This document shows positions 1 to 11,263 of a DNA stretch of 64,000 nt, piece after piece. Source of the stretch: Glycera tridactyla (taxonomy: Eukaryota); contig OZ286474.1 of the NCBI GenBank assembly GCA_965644265.1, forward strand, positions 24,676,001-24,740,000, written 5' to 3'. The position numbers were made by a program, and so were the translations under genes. Numbering within the stretch: the first letter of the stretch is position 1; each line of letters starts with the position of its first letter. The notes below the pieces were generated by a model. The model was not told the DNA's origin, did no database searches, and worked only from the letters and a program-made list of their open reading frames with translations.

Positions 1-1241
1 CTGTACCGTTCGTCATAGAACTTCCAATCTAACCCGTTGTCAGCCATTTGTCTAATGTGTCTAGCATAGGTCAAGAGTTCACGAAAAAGGCCTTCATTAC
101 CCGGCTTTTTTAACAGCACTGCAGTAAAGATCTCAAAGGCTTCTGCCCAAGTGTTAACATCAGCGATATATTTCTTACCCTTCTGCGTGAAGGTGAGTTT
201 ACCTCCGTTCTTAACGTCGAAGTTCAACTCATATTTAGGAGAGGTATCAACTCTAAGTAAATTGCCCAACTCGATATATTTCCCCTCCCAAATATCTTTC
301 TTTAGTTTAGCGTCAACAGCATCACCAAGAAGGAGTCCCCCAGTCAATAGGCAGGGAGCATAAGGAACGTCATGCGAGATGGGGATATTATTTTCATCAA
401 CGTCCTCGGGGGAGTCCTGAGGTGGGTCAGGAGCTACCCCGCCCGAGGCATTGGCATCAGTGTTAAGCTGGTTGTCATTACCTGAAGATGAACGAGAGTC
501 AGGATCGAGCTGTTGATTCACATCAGGTAACAGAGGAAGGTTGGCTATCGGCCTCACCACACCTTCTGGAGAAGCCCCTTGCAATGGGAGGTTATTAAGA
601 GCAGGCCCTTTCGAAGATTCCAGCGCACTCAGGCGAGACGAAATCGACGTCATCATCTTAGACATTTGCATCACACTGTCACTAGTTGAAGAAAGCAAAG
701 ACAGCATAGTCTGGAATTGAACATTGTTATTAGAACCAGCCACGCTAGGGGCTGACAATCCATTTCCAAGTCCAGGAGTATCATGGCGACGGGAAGAGCA
801 AGATGGCACTTGCTCAACGTGCTCATTGGAAGAGCCACCAGCCTCGGGTACGAAGCCCGATGTGCGATCGTACAAATCGGCCACTGACAAGCCAGATGAT
901 TGTGAAGCAGCCACCTGGCCTCGAGAATGGGGCAAAGTCGCCTCAGAAGCAAAGCCAGAATCAGGATTAGCCAGGGCCGTAACATCATCGTGATCAGCAT
1001 TGATGGATGGAGAGGTAGAGGTGCGTGCGTCAAATAGACGGCGAGAGTTCGACGACGCAAGTGTGGATGTTGGTGTGTTACCTTGAGTTACCCTGGCTTC
1101 AGCATCGACAGGATCCGCTCGAGACTGGGCTGACCTAGCACGATCGGCGAATTCACGACCCTTCGGCGTCAAATTAACTTTGCGCTTCGGACGGGAATCC
1201 TTCCGACCAGGCGAAGATTTACGCTTCCTTGTGCCAGCCAT
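1..1241 (-). CDS. Gag-like ORF1 of DIRS/Ngaro retrotransposon (3' end outside window)
   Basis: Hand translation from ATG at 1241 is stop-free for 413 codons to the edge: MAGTRKRKSSPGRKDSRPKRK... low-complexity S/P/N-rich linker ...KLKKDIWEGKYIELGNLL...IADVNTWAEAFEIFTAV...LLTYARHIRQMADNGLDWKFYDERYR. The IW.G.Y..L..LL, W..AF.IF and W..YDE.FR-like motifs match DIRS/Ngaro ORF1 proteins as I recall them. Confidence 0.85.
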   Translation of the reverse strand, partial: MAGTRKRKSSPGRKDSRPKRKVNLTPKGREFADRARSAQSRADPVDAEARVTQGNTPTSTLASSNSRRLFDARTSTSPSINADHDDVTALANPDSGFASEATLPHSRGQVAASQSSGLSVADLYDRTSGFVPEAGGSSNEHVEQVPSCSSRRHDTPGLGNGLSAPSVAGSNNNVQFQTMLSLLSSTSDSVMQMSKMMTSISSRLSALESSKGPALNNLPLQGASPEGVVRPIANLPLLPDVNQQLDPDSRSSSGNDNQLNTDANASGGVAPDPPQDSPEDVDENNIPISHDVPYAPCLLTGGLLLGDAVDAKLKKDIWEGKYIELGNLLRVDTSPKYELNFDVKNGGKLTFTQKGKKYIADVNTWAEAFEIFTAVLLKKPGNEGLFRELLTYARHIRQMADNGLDWKFYDERY

Positions 1242-1721
1242 CTGTTTTGGCAAATTAAGGGAGAACAAACATACATAATGAGATAAAGAAGGATAATGGA
1301 TAATAATGAAAAAGAGTGGCATTATCAGCAATAGGGCAAGGGTGAATGAAATGATGAAGTCACTCGTTGCAGAAGTGCAATTGCAGTATTCGTGAATATA
1401 ATTTGCTGGCTCCCCTTAATTCAGCGGAGATGAGGAATAAATTGATGAAATGAATGGGGCAGGAAATATCCGTCTAACGATGTGCACAAATTCAAAGCGA
1501 TAAATATATTCATGATTAAAATTACATGACAACCAAAACAAGATGGTCTACACTGAGTACAATAACCGATGGAGATCAAAATGGAGCATGCGGAATCTCA
1601 TTATTAGAGATTATCGTTATGACGTTCTAACGTCACGTCACGGCGCCACGCCAAGACGCATTCGAAAACACGACGGCAATAAATGAAATAGATGATGCCA
1701 AGAAGGTGATAAATTCCGCCA

Positions 1722-2113
1722 AGCAGTAGGCTAAGGCCACACCTCAGGCGTCAAGAATGCTCGACGCCGCGTCGTGACGCAGTCAACGCGTCACGACACG
1801 ATATTGAATAAAATGGGAAAAAATTTCAAGGTTAAAATTGAACAACGCGTGTTGAATCAGGGAATGTCGCTATGAGATTGATACGAGACATAATAAATGA
1901 CATGTTGGGCATTACAACTGCCATCGGCAGACCCAAATTCCGAATGTATTGAATTAATTGCCAAGGCGGAGGGAAAAGGAAAATAAGTGACCAGTCGGGC
2001 CGCGGGGTGCAGCCAGCAGTAGGACAGGGCCTCACACCAAACGTCAAGAATGCTCGACGCCGCGTCATGACGCAGTCGAACGCGTCACGACGCGATATTG
2101 AATAAAACGGGAA
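1722..2113. repeat. Pair of ~95-bp direct repeats (1722-1818 and 2015-2113), each with a 13-bp-arm palindrome
   Basis: agcagtagg...cgtcaagaatgctcgacgccgcgtc(g/a)tgacgcagtc(g)aacgcgtcacgac(a/g)cgatattgaataaaa occurs twice, 293 bp apart. Confidence 0.9.
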
Positions 2114-2650
2114 TAAAATGAAAAGCGAAATTCTGGGTTCGAAATTGGGGAATACGTAATTAATAATATAACGCTTTACATTAGAAAGCTAGAAGCTATC
2201 AAATATCAACTAACCTCGGATACAAACGGATGAAGTGAACGGAACCTGCGACACGGCCGGGACATGCAACTCGACTGCAACAGTTCGAACTAAATGCGCG
2301 AGAAGGGTGTTCCACGAGGTCTCCCCGGAGGCGCGAGAAGCGTGACGTCATAATTAGACTCGTCGCCAGTCTCCGCAGAGAAGCGAAGAACACGTTGCTA
2401 GGCGGTGACGCGCTTAACAACCGGATACGCCGCCCGGTGTAGATCAAAACACGACGAATAAATGACCGAAAAAATTTTGCTAGTGGCCTAAATTATCATA
2501 ATTAGACATTCGCAATAATTATTGCATGACATTGGCCATCGTTAGCAATCATTAGGACGCCAACGGTCAAAAAGAAAAAATCAAGGGGGGCGAGCGCCCG
2601 CTCAATAAACTAACGCGCAGGTAAATATGAAATGTCAAACAATACACGAA

Positions 2651-3388
2651 TCAACAATTGAGAGAAAAACCTCGGGAAGCGACGATATCTCCATAGTTGT
2701 CAAGGAGCTGGAACCTCAGTTCTCTCTGATACCTGAGAAATCCAGGGGAGCCAGGACCATCCCCGGGATGAACGCCATCAATCAATTTGTCACGTATATT
2801 TTGCCGTGATCCATTAGCATGACGAGAAAAACCTGTAAGTAGATGAACATTAATATGCGGATCAAAATGAGTTCGACGAATGATGCTGGAATTAAAGTCG
2901 ATCACTTTCTTGTCGAAATCAGCCACCGAGCCAGGGATTCCTCGATCACGGCGGAGTGCACTGAACAGGACCACCGTCCGGACTGATGGTATGGCACACA
3001 AATCACGGGCCAAAGACACTAAGTTAGACGCCACTATTTCAGCTGAGAGAAAGGACTTGCACAAATCATTTGTACCTAAGTGAACCAAAACGATGTCTGG
3101 CTGATATTCCCAAGCATCATCATAAGCAATATCAATTTGTTCACCTTTCAGTCGGTAAGAGAGACTGAATCCAAGATTAGAAAAACGCTGATCTACTTGC
3201 ATACATTCGGCATAGCGAAGTCCCTTCGGCACCTCCTGTCGTGGTAGTTGTCTTGCGCATTCGTCGAAGAAGCGAAATTGGCGCTCGAGGAAGGAATGCC
3301 CGATGAAGAAAGCTCTAAGGCGAGGGATACCCTCGAAGGGATCCGGGTACGGATGCCTAGTCAATAAAGGTGGCTGATAGTATGCCAT
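2651..3388 (-). CDS. SGNH/GDSL-family hydrolase (esterase), 245 aa, retroelement-encoded
   Basis: Intact ORF with block I FFIGHSF (catalytic Ser), block III VHLGTND and block V DGVH (Asp-x-x-His) in the correct order; in-frame stop about 60 bp upstream of the ATG. Confidence 0.88.
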   Translation of the reverse strand: MAYYQPPLLTRHPYPDPFEGIPRLRAFFIGHSFLERQFRFFDECARQLPRQEVPKGLRYAECMQVDQRFSNLGFSLSYRLKGEQIDIAYDDAWEYQPDIVLVHLGTNDLCKSFLSAEIVASNLVSLARDLCAIPSVRTVVLFSALRRDRGIPGSVADFDKKVIDFNSSIIRRTHFDPHINVHLLTGFSRHANGSRQNIRDKLIDGVHPGDGPGSPGFLRYQRELRFQLLDNYGDIVASRGFSLNC

Positions 3389-3687
3389 AATTCGACGAGG
3401 ACCAAGGGGACACGTCCTTTCACTAATAATATTTTTTCAAACTGACACCGAGGAGTGGTTAAACGCTGCTACGTCACAATAGCGACGTGACGTCACAGAC
3501 GGCGTTGCCTATGGTGACGTTAGTCACGGATCTAAGGCCAGGAGCTAGCCAGTGAATCACGTGTTTCATGCTTTGTAAAAACGCTTGCGTCGCAAGCACC
3601 TTTTTACGAAAATTGAATGAAAATACAAATTGCAGGAACCTCTGGAGGAATTTCTGGAGGAAACTGTGACACAAACACCCAGTCCTA

Positions 3688-3965
3688 CAGGGATGTGATT
3701 GGCTCACAAACAAAAACACTGAAAACCGGACCGGGAGCACTTGCACCAAGATTTTGTGGATCAACAAACCCAAACAACTGGTGACTGAAGGCTACCAGAA
3801 CTCCATACAAACATTGTGCTCTATCTCCACTGATACTGGTCCGATTTTCATGATCTAAAAGCCAAAATACTCAGCAGAGAAGGCTCTTTGCTGTCATGTA
3901 CATGGCCTGCTGATTGTCATCAAAAACACGGAAATCCGCGGATCCGCGGAAGAATCACATCCCTG
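3688..3965. mobile_element. hAT-like MITE, CAGGGATGTGATT family, 6-bp TSD
   Basis: TIR cagggatgtgatt...aatcacatccctg; gtccta at 3682-3687 and 3966-3971. Confidence 0.85.
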
Positions 3966-4397
3966 GTCCTACTACCCAGACCTTGGAAGAATGCAAATTG
4001 GAATTGTTCAGAGCCTTGTGAGCACCAGCTATGTCATACTGAGATGTCCATGCCCTGGGCATGGATAGGATCATTTAAGACTCCTGCGTCCCCAACCAAA
4101 GGTGAAATGATATGAAAATCACAGACAATAAAAGTGTCATTTCGGACAATCTGGAAAGAGAATTCAGTGCAGATTCTAATGCAGAGATGCCAATCATTAC
4201 ACTTCTAGGGTGATGATTACGCTTTTAAGGCAAAATCTTGAGATTTCATGCGTAACATTACTCCAGAGGAATTCAGGATCCTTTTTTTTTTCATCATTGC
4301 AAATACTGTCATTATTACTGTCATATATTGGTATCATTACCATTTTCTGGTCATTGAAGGTTGACATTTGACTCATGCTTTCTTTTTCTGTTTTCAG

Positions 4398-4491
4398 TAT
4401 CTCTCCCTGCCGCCAATCATTGCTCCATACAAGTGTTCAGTCTTGCCACTCAGCAACAACCCAGAATTCACGCCTTACATTCAGCAGTTGT
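4398..4491 (+). CDS. GARS1: Glycyl-tRNA synthetase, third-last coding exon
   Basis: ttttcag|TAT...TTG T|gtaagt; YLSLPPIIAPYKCSVLPLSNNPEFTPYIQQL resembles the GlyRS anticodon-binding domain start (human ...VAPFKCSVLPLSQNQEF...). Confidence 0.93.
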
Positions 4492-5152
4492 GTAAGTATA
4501 AAGCTCACCAACAACCCAACTGTCTAAACGGAACTAACTGAATTTTAGTTGAGGATAAATTGAATGACATCATTAGCAATCCGAGTACAGTGAATAATCG
4601 AGATTTGATGATTGAGATTGCTGTTTTATATCATCTTCATAGCACCATATTAGTGGAGACCACCTCTGATTCAGCAGCCTCAATGTAGGCACTTAATGCT
4701 GCATGAAAATAGCATATTGAATGCTCCTAAATTAGCGCCCCAACCTTGATGATCTCTTGGGATAATGTCAACCCATTCGTTCCTGCATACTTCATGGTAC
4801 AATCTCCACCATGGTGAAAGTTTCAAGATTTTCACACAAACGATCATCAAACATGGAAGTGAAGTTGATATTTGTATGTTTGGTACTATTTATCAACATT
4901 GGGCTGTATTCTCTGTGTCGAGATTAGTCATAATCTTAGCACGACATTGTTTGCCAAAGTACCCCCATTATTGCCCAGCAGCCATTTTTCACATCTTGAT
5001 CAAATAACCACCCCTATCACAAATGAGCAAGTGCCCTGGGGCACTGAATAGAGCGAATATGCTACCTATTGGAACAAAACACCTTTTTCCCGCTCCTTTA
5101 CATGCCATCTTGGATGAAGAGTAGATGATCAGGACTATTCTTTTTGTTACAG

Positions 5153-5340
5153 GCTCTGGCTTGAGTGGACTTGACATATCTTACAAGGTTGATGCCAGCA
5201 GCGGTTCCATCGGACGAAGATATGCCCGAACAGATCAAGTATCTATTCCATTTGGCATCACTGTCGACTTCGACACACTGAACGCTCCCCACTCTGCCAC
5301 CCTCCGGGAACGAGATTCCATGAAACAAGTGCGCGCTCCA
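5153..5340 (+). CDS. GARS1: Glycyl-tRNA synthetase, penultimate coding exon
   Basis: ttacag|GC...CCA|gtaagt; [62 protein letters not shown] contains the diagnostic [12 protein letters not shown] motif; phase matches the previous exon. Confidence 0.96.
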
Positions 5341-5507
5341 GTAAGTACCAGAATATTCTTATAAATTCATGCATAATAAGTCCAGATTCATCACTTAAGA
5401 TGATAATTCTCTGATGTAAGAATGGGACTGTCTGAATTTATCAGTCCGTAGTCAAGTTACTGAATCCAAATTTTTGATTGAAAATTGATGTGAAATTTAT
5501 TTATATA

Positions 5508-5668
5508 CAGTTGAACCTGTCTATAAAGACCGCCCTCGGTCGCATCGAAAAGCGGTCTTTATAGGCAGGTGGTCTTTATAGAGAGGTCATTTACTGCTGA
5601 AAATACTATCAAGGTCGCAGCTCAGGGTGGTCTTTATAGAGAGGTGGTCTTTAGAGCAGGTTTGACTG
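5508..5668. mobile_element. Tc1/mariner-type MITE, family A (CAGTYGAACC TIR, TA TSD)
   Basis: ta|cagttgaacctgtctataaagacc...gcaggtttgactg|ta; internal ggtggtcttt repeats; near-identical copies elsewhere in the window. Confidence 0.85.
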
Positions 5669-6296
5669 TAGTTGGTATCTGAGGTGGTGGAGGCATTGTC
5701 TGCTGTTAGATTGACCAGCTCTTCAAATTAAAGATGTAAAATACTCAGCTTTGTCGGATTGAAATTTACCTTAAAAAAACATCGAGTTCTACATACAGAC
5801 AAGGACCTCCGAGGACCGCTGGAGAGTATACGCAGCTGTTGGTTGCTTTACCAGAGATGCCAACCATTACAATCTTGGAGTAATGATTACTCTTTTTTTT
5901 TGGGGGGGGGGGGGGGGCTAAAATTTTGTCATTACACGCACAGTATTACTCAAAGAAATCCCAAGTTGCCTTATTTGATCATTACAAATACTGCCACTAT
6001 TACTCCTAATGATCAGCACCATTACTATTACCATTACTATTACTGCTAATCAAAGGTTGGTATCCCTGCTTTACAGGCTTCATGCCTCAGCTCATAGTCT
6101 GAAGTGACCCATGTGGTGTCGAGAGGACATGGAATAATACTCAACTCATTCATGCCACAGGGTCGGGGGAGGTAGAGGTATCACTGTTTATGCCTTTGTA
6201 ATCCTGAGATTCAATAAAAATATGTCTGTTGTATGTCCAAATGTAACTTGTAGTTTTCAGGCTTTATTAAAGCATGTTGTTTGAATCTGTTTTCAG

Positions 6297-6404
6297 CTTG
6301 ATGAGCTTCCCAAGATTGTCCAGGACCTCAGCCTCAACAAACGCACATGGGATGATGTACTTGCCAACTACCCGCTCTTCGAACAACAAGAAGCCACGAA
6401 ATAG
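6297..6404 (+). CDS. GARS1: Glycyl-tRNA synthetase, last coding exon with stop
   Basis: ttttcag|CTT...TAG; LDELPKIVQDLSLNKRTWDDVLANYPLFEQQEATK* matches the GlyRS C-terminus (human ...[31 protein letters not shown]...). Confidence 0.94.
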   Translation, partial: LDELPKIVQDLSLNKRTWDDVLANYPLFEQQEATK

Positions 6405-9400
6405 AGTGACTTCCGTGCAATCATGTTTATTTCTAGTGCCTGCAGTCAGCATTTGTAGCTCGCATTTGTCCTTCATCCTGTCTCGGTGTCCGATGATGAC
6501 TTTGCATATAATTTGAACTGGAAAGTTTCCTATTTCCCGAAATTCAGTCCAATTTTGATATTCCCATTCCTGCACTATGGGGGTAACTCAGTGTTGAATC
6601 GCATGTCTGGGTTTGTCTTCATTTGCTAGCTGCTAGAACTTTTGTTGTCTGTTTTGAAAAAATGTGATATCTCTTTTGTGAGTTAGGAAACTTTCCAGCC
6701 TTGCTACCCTGGACTTTGGCAGTTATGAAAAGTTAAGAGAAGAAAATGTGGTTCAGGCAGTCTCCTTAACATGTCTCTTGTAGATGCACATTGTCTGTGA
6801 GAAGTGTGCACAGTCCTGCAGCTACCAGTTTGAATCTGTTTTGTGGGCATTTATTGTGGTACCTGATTGTGATATTTTCATCATCATTTGACATACACAT
6901 CCAGTATTGTTAACTTTCTTCTTTGCAAGATTTTTAATTTATTCTTCACAAATATGTTTGATGTTATGTCATTATGGGGAAAATACAGTCTCAATTTCTT
7001 GTTCGAATTTAGAGCGGATATTACTTGCATAATTCTTGGGACCTAATGCAGCATTTTTTTGGGGATAATGTAAGAAGTCTCCAAGTTAAAAAATGTACAT
7101 GGAAAGTTGCTGCAACCTGACTGGATTTTTTCGTGAGATCTTAGCGGATAGGTGGCAGTAGTTTTGGAAAATTTGACCAGTTTTAAAAAAAAATGGTTTC
7201 ATGTTATTGACACTACAGTATGTATGAAGGAATCATGTTACTTATTCAATGATCCAGTGTGCATCTCTGCTTTGTTGTTACATGTAGTTGCAAACATCAA
7301 CACTCATATTTGATACTGATCATTTCGGTGTTTAGGTCATGAAAATGGAATCATACATCACTCGTTTTGAGATTTGCATGGTCTGCCTCCAGGATGGTTT
7401 TGTGGGTTTCCTGATGAACCACATCCTTGGTTATGTACCTCGTAAAATATGCCAAGAAATATAAGAATTTCCATTATGCAGTGCTGCAAATTTGCAGAAA
7501 ATTGGAAGTCAATCTGAATGCTAAGTTATGGACCTTTAGGGAGTATGTGCATGTTCGAGGTGGATTAAGAAAAAGTATGTGCACTTTATAGGAAATTTGT
7601 TGATCATTAACTCGCAACACTGATAGAAATGAGGACAAATTTGACAAAAATTGACATGTTTGACGGATGCTGTATCAGGGTGTAGTAGAAAATCATCATC
7701 ATATTCATTTTTCTCATATATCATCGAATTATTCTCGTCTGCTTTCACATCGCTTAAGAAATATATATGCTTCAAACATGTAACTGTATCCGTTTTATTT
7801 ATATGCCCTTTGTATCCAAGTGTGTCAGTCATTCAATCCCTTTAGTTTCAAAGGCTTTGAAATCATGTATTCTGAGGAATATATTCGGGTGAGGGTAACA
7901 ATATTGTTTATAATTTTATATATCATTCAAAATAGTTTCGGGGAAGTTTCTCATTTCCTGTATCCATGTGATTTCTGTCATTTCTACTCTGTGGCAAGGG
8001 TTTTGTTACCTTGGCAATCATGTTGCATCACAATTATTCAAATGTGCAATTCCTGGTTCATCAGTTTAAATTTTCAGGGTCAAAAATTGGGACTGAGAGG
8101 TCAGGGGAGGCATGGATAGGGGTGAACCAGAACCAATAATCTGTTTGAATAGGATAATTTAGCAATTGAATCATTCCTCTTTCGCGCTGGATCTTCTCGG
8201 ATAGCAAATTTTCCATGCCACCCCAGACTAGTGAATTTCAATTCTTTTGAGAGATCAATATGTGCAAAAACAGTTCAGTCACCATGGGAACTAGAATGGC
8301 CTTTTGTCCCCTCTTGGGCCTCAGAATTTCTTTTTCTTATTCGGTGCATGGAAATTCCCTCATTTTGGCTACTGGCGTACCATTCTAGTAGGTCCGGAGA
8401 AATCGAAGAAATAACTACATATTCATTGAATATTTGGGTTTCATTCAAGAGTTGTCTTCATAATTCATGGCCAATCCAACAAGTACAAATACCAGTTATT
8501 TATGACAATGAGGATCATTACTTACTTTTTGGGTTTAAATGGAATGACCCATGCAGGTGTTCACAACTGACAACCTAATGTTGTAAGCATTATATGTGAT
8601 ACATTGTTTCTTATGTGCTTAGCCACTCACATTAAATTTGTGACTACCCCAACATTAAGATGCAAATAAACATGTAGAATTCACAGCTAATAACCTGTTT
8701 ATTTATTTATTCTGTGACACATCTGCCATATGTATGGAGCATCCCTTCTCTTCTCAATATCTTTTGGAGTGGAGGATTGAATGAAAACATACCTTCAAAA
8801 TTCACTGTAATCTTTAAAGTTCAGACAAAGCAAAGATTTAGCTACCTGGTGGTCTTTCATTCAGGTCTTGCTTTACATCAATCTTGGACCTGTTCAAATC
8901 ATGGACTGTCCTATGCAATACATTACATTGAGTAACAACATATTTGATCAAACTGAGGATTCTCAATGTAATTGACCTAACAGCAGCATACACTTCCCTC
9001 CACTGCATTGCTTTATGCTTTTCGTGACACTGAAGCAGCACAGTGCTCAGTGTAGCTAACATTTGGTTAATGGGAACGGGGTTCCAATTTCTTATGAACG
9101 CTATGCTACCCAAAATAATTCAGTTAGTAACCTCAATGTGCATCTTAATATAGCCCAGATGGTCCTCATGGGATGTAAAACAATCAACTCTTCCCATAGT
9201 ACTTCCGAAGAGAAATGTCTTAATATTCTGATCCATTCTAGTAGTAGTGATCATTTTTATCCATAAGCCAGTTTCAAAACTGATGCATCCAAAAATCTTC
9301 TCATCAAACTAACTTTGCTGTGAGTATCAGAAAACCTTTCCTTCAACAGTTTCACAACATATTTTGCTATCTCATTATGGTTCAAACCAGAGTAAAAGAA

Positions 9401-9426
9401 ATATCAATCATGTGGAATGCTTTACA

Positions 9427-9877
9427 CTGGGTTGGTACAAGGTATGGAAACCTTGAAAAAGTATGGAATTTAGAAAAAATCCTCTCCAGGGCTAGAAAAG
9501 TGTGGAATTTGAAGATTTTGGCGAATTATCCTTGAAAAAGTATGGAATTTTGTATGGGTAGTGATGGTGATTAAGACATCTTGGTGGTTGTCACCCGCCT
9601 GGCCAGTGGATGGAACAAACATGCAGGTTTTCACCGTCGTATTTCATCTTTGATCATCTTAAATACAATTTGCCCCTTGTACAGTCTTTGACAGTGGGAA
9701 CACACTTTCATTTGTACCAAAATGGTGGTCAATTCCTTTTTTTGTACAACTACTTTTGGTTACCAATCATCACAATCATGCTTCTATTCATGAAGGGTAT
9801 GGAAAATTGATGGTGTGATATGGAAATGGTATGGAAAAAGTGTGGAATTTCACTCTCAGGAGTATGTATGAACCCTG
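9427..9877. mobile_element. hAT-like MITE (CAGGGTTC-type TIR, left end decayed), 6-bp TSD
   Basis: Left end ctgggttggtac versus right end gtatgaaccctg; tttaca on both sides; many internal gtatggaa/tgtggaatt subterminal repeats. Confidence 0.65.
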
Positions 9878-11263
9878 TTTACAAGACTCCTCTGATGATT
9901 ATCATTGATATGATTGGTCAATCAATATGTAAAATATGATTTAGGCCAACTATATTTGTCCGTGAATGCAGGAATATGTAATTGATTGATTGATTGTTTG
10001 AGGTTTAACGGCATGTATAATTTAGGCCAAATATATCTGTCTGTGAATGCAGGAAAAAAAGAACAGCAAAATCTTCAGGCCTGTTCTCTCAAAAGGCCTC
10101 CAATCTTGAAAATTTCAGCTGCAAAACCTAGCAAATCTCCCCAACTCAAATTCTCCTGTCATTTCAAACAAACTACAGTTCCTCCTCGATCAAGCCGCAA
10201 GAATATAATGAAAGTACCAAGACGGTGTAAGATATATACATTTTATTTGAATTTCACTGAGATGACTGATTCAAGCTTGTGAATTCATTTGTGTATTCAA
10301 TGGCATTGAAATGATCTCAACAAACTGAAATACATGTATTCATTACAACTGTTTCCTGCTGGCACTTATATAGATTTCCATCTAAACTTGGGACAAACGA
10401 ACTGAACACAACCTGGATATATATCTATATTGGGATATGAGGAGGGGGGGGGGGTCTTACCGACCTTATTATCGTCAACTGACTGATAAAACATTTACTT
10501 CAAGAATCCATAGATGTCAGCGATGACCCAATTCCAATTTTTTTTTATATAAACTGAACAGCTATCAGACGTAAATGTCGAATTTCCATGTTTTTGGTTC
10601 AATCCGTATGGATGAATAACATATCTGAATGTTGCAAACGTTTTCAACATACAAATACCTTTTGTTGGTGAGATGATCATAAATCAAAATCTATGATCAG
10701 TACCAATGGACAATAAGTCTGCTTCCATGTTTACACCACGTTTTCAGAGATTTAATATGCAATTTGAAGGGCACTGGTTGATATAATTGTATATTGAGCT
10801 GTTTAATTACCTGGCACATCATAGATTTGAGAGGAGGGGTAGATTTACTTCACTTCTCATTGAATATGTGTACCTCATCCATGCAGATGTTAGAGTATTC
10901 CTTGGGCAAAGTACTGAAATGCCCACAAGAGCCAGTTTATAAGAGATGGGTGCAAAATTCACAATAAAGACCCTATTACAACAAATACCCAGATCTAACA
11001 AGTATCATACTGTGGACCTGGATGAAAATGACTGATATGCCAGTCAACTTGAAAATCCGAGTGATGTGTTCATAATCTTCCATATGAAGGAATTCCAAGA
11101 ATACTAGGATCATCTTGCAGTGAGAAACATAGTCACAGAGATGTAAATTTTCGGGATTTGAAAAATCTGGGTAAAAAATTCAAAATTCAGATATTGCTGA
11201 AATTTAATTTGAAAATCTCGGTCATATTTCCGAAAAACTAGCTTTATCTGATTGACATCACTG

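Larger units (their letters stand above)
1..3610 (-). mobile_element. DIRS-order (Ngaro-like) tyrosine-recombinase retrotransposon, truncated by the left window edge; RT/RNaseH/YR expected further left
   Basis: CpG-rich block sharply distinct from the CpG-poor flank; carries a gag-like ORF with DIRS/Ngaro-type motifs, an SGNH hydrolase ORF (a known Ngaro cargo) and internal direct repeats. Right boundary approximate. Confidence 0.8.

Noticed and set aside
671-1060. 129-aa minus-strand ORF and overlapping plus-strand ORFs from the track (151-363, 724-993)
   Set aside because: Shadow frames of the longer gag ORF (1241 to window edge).
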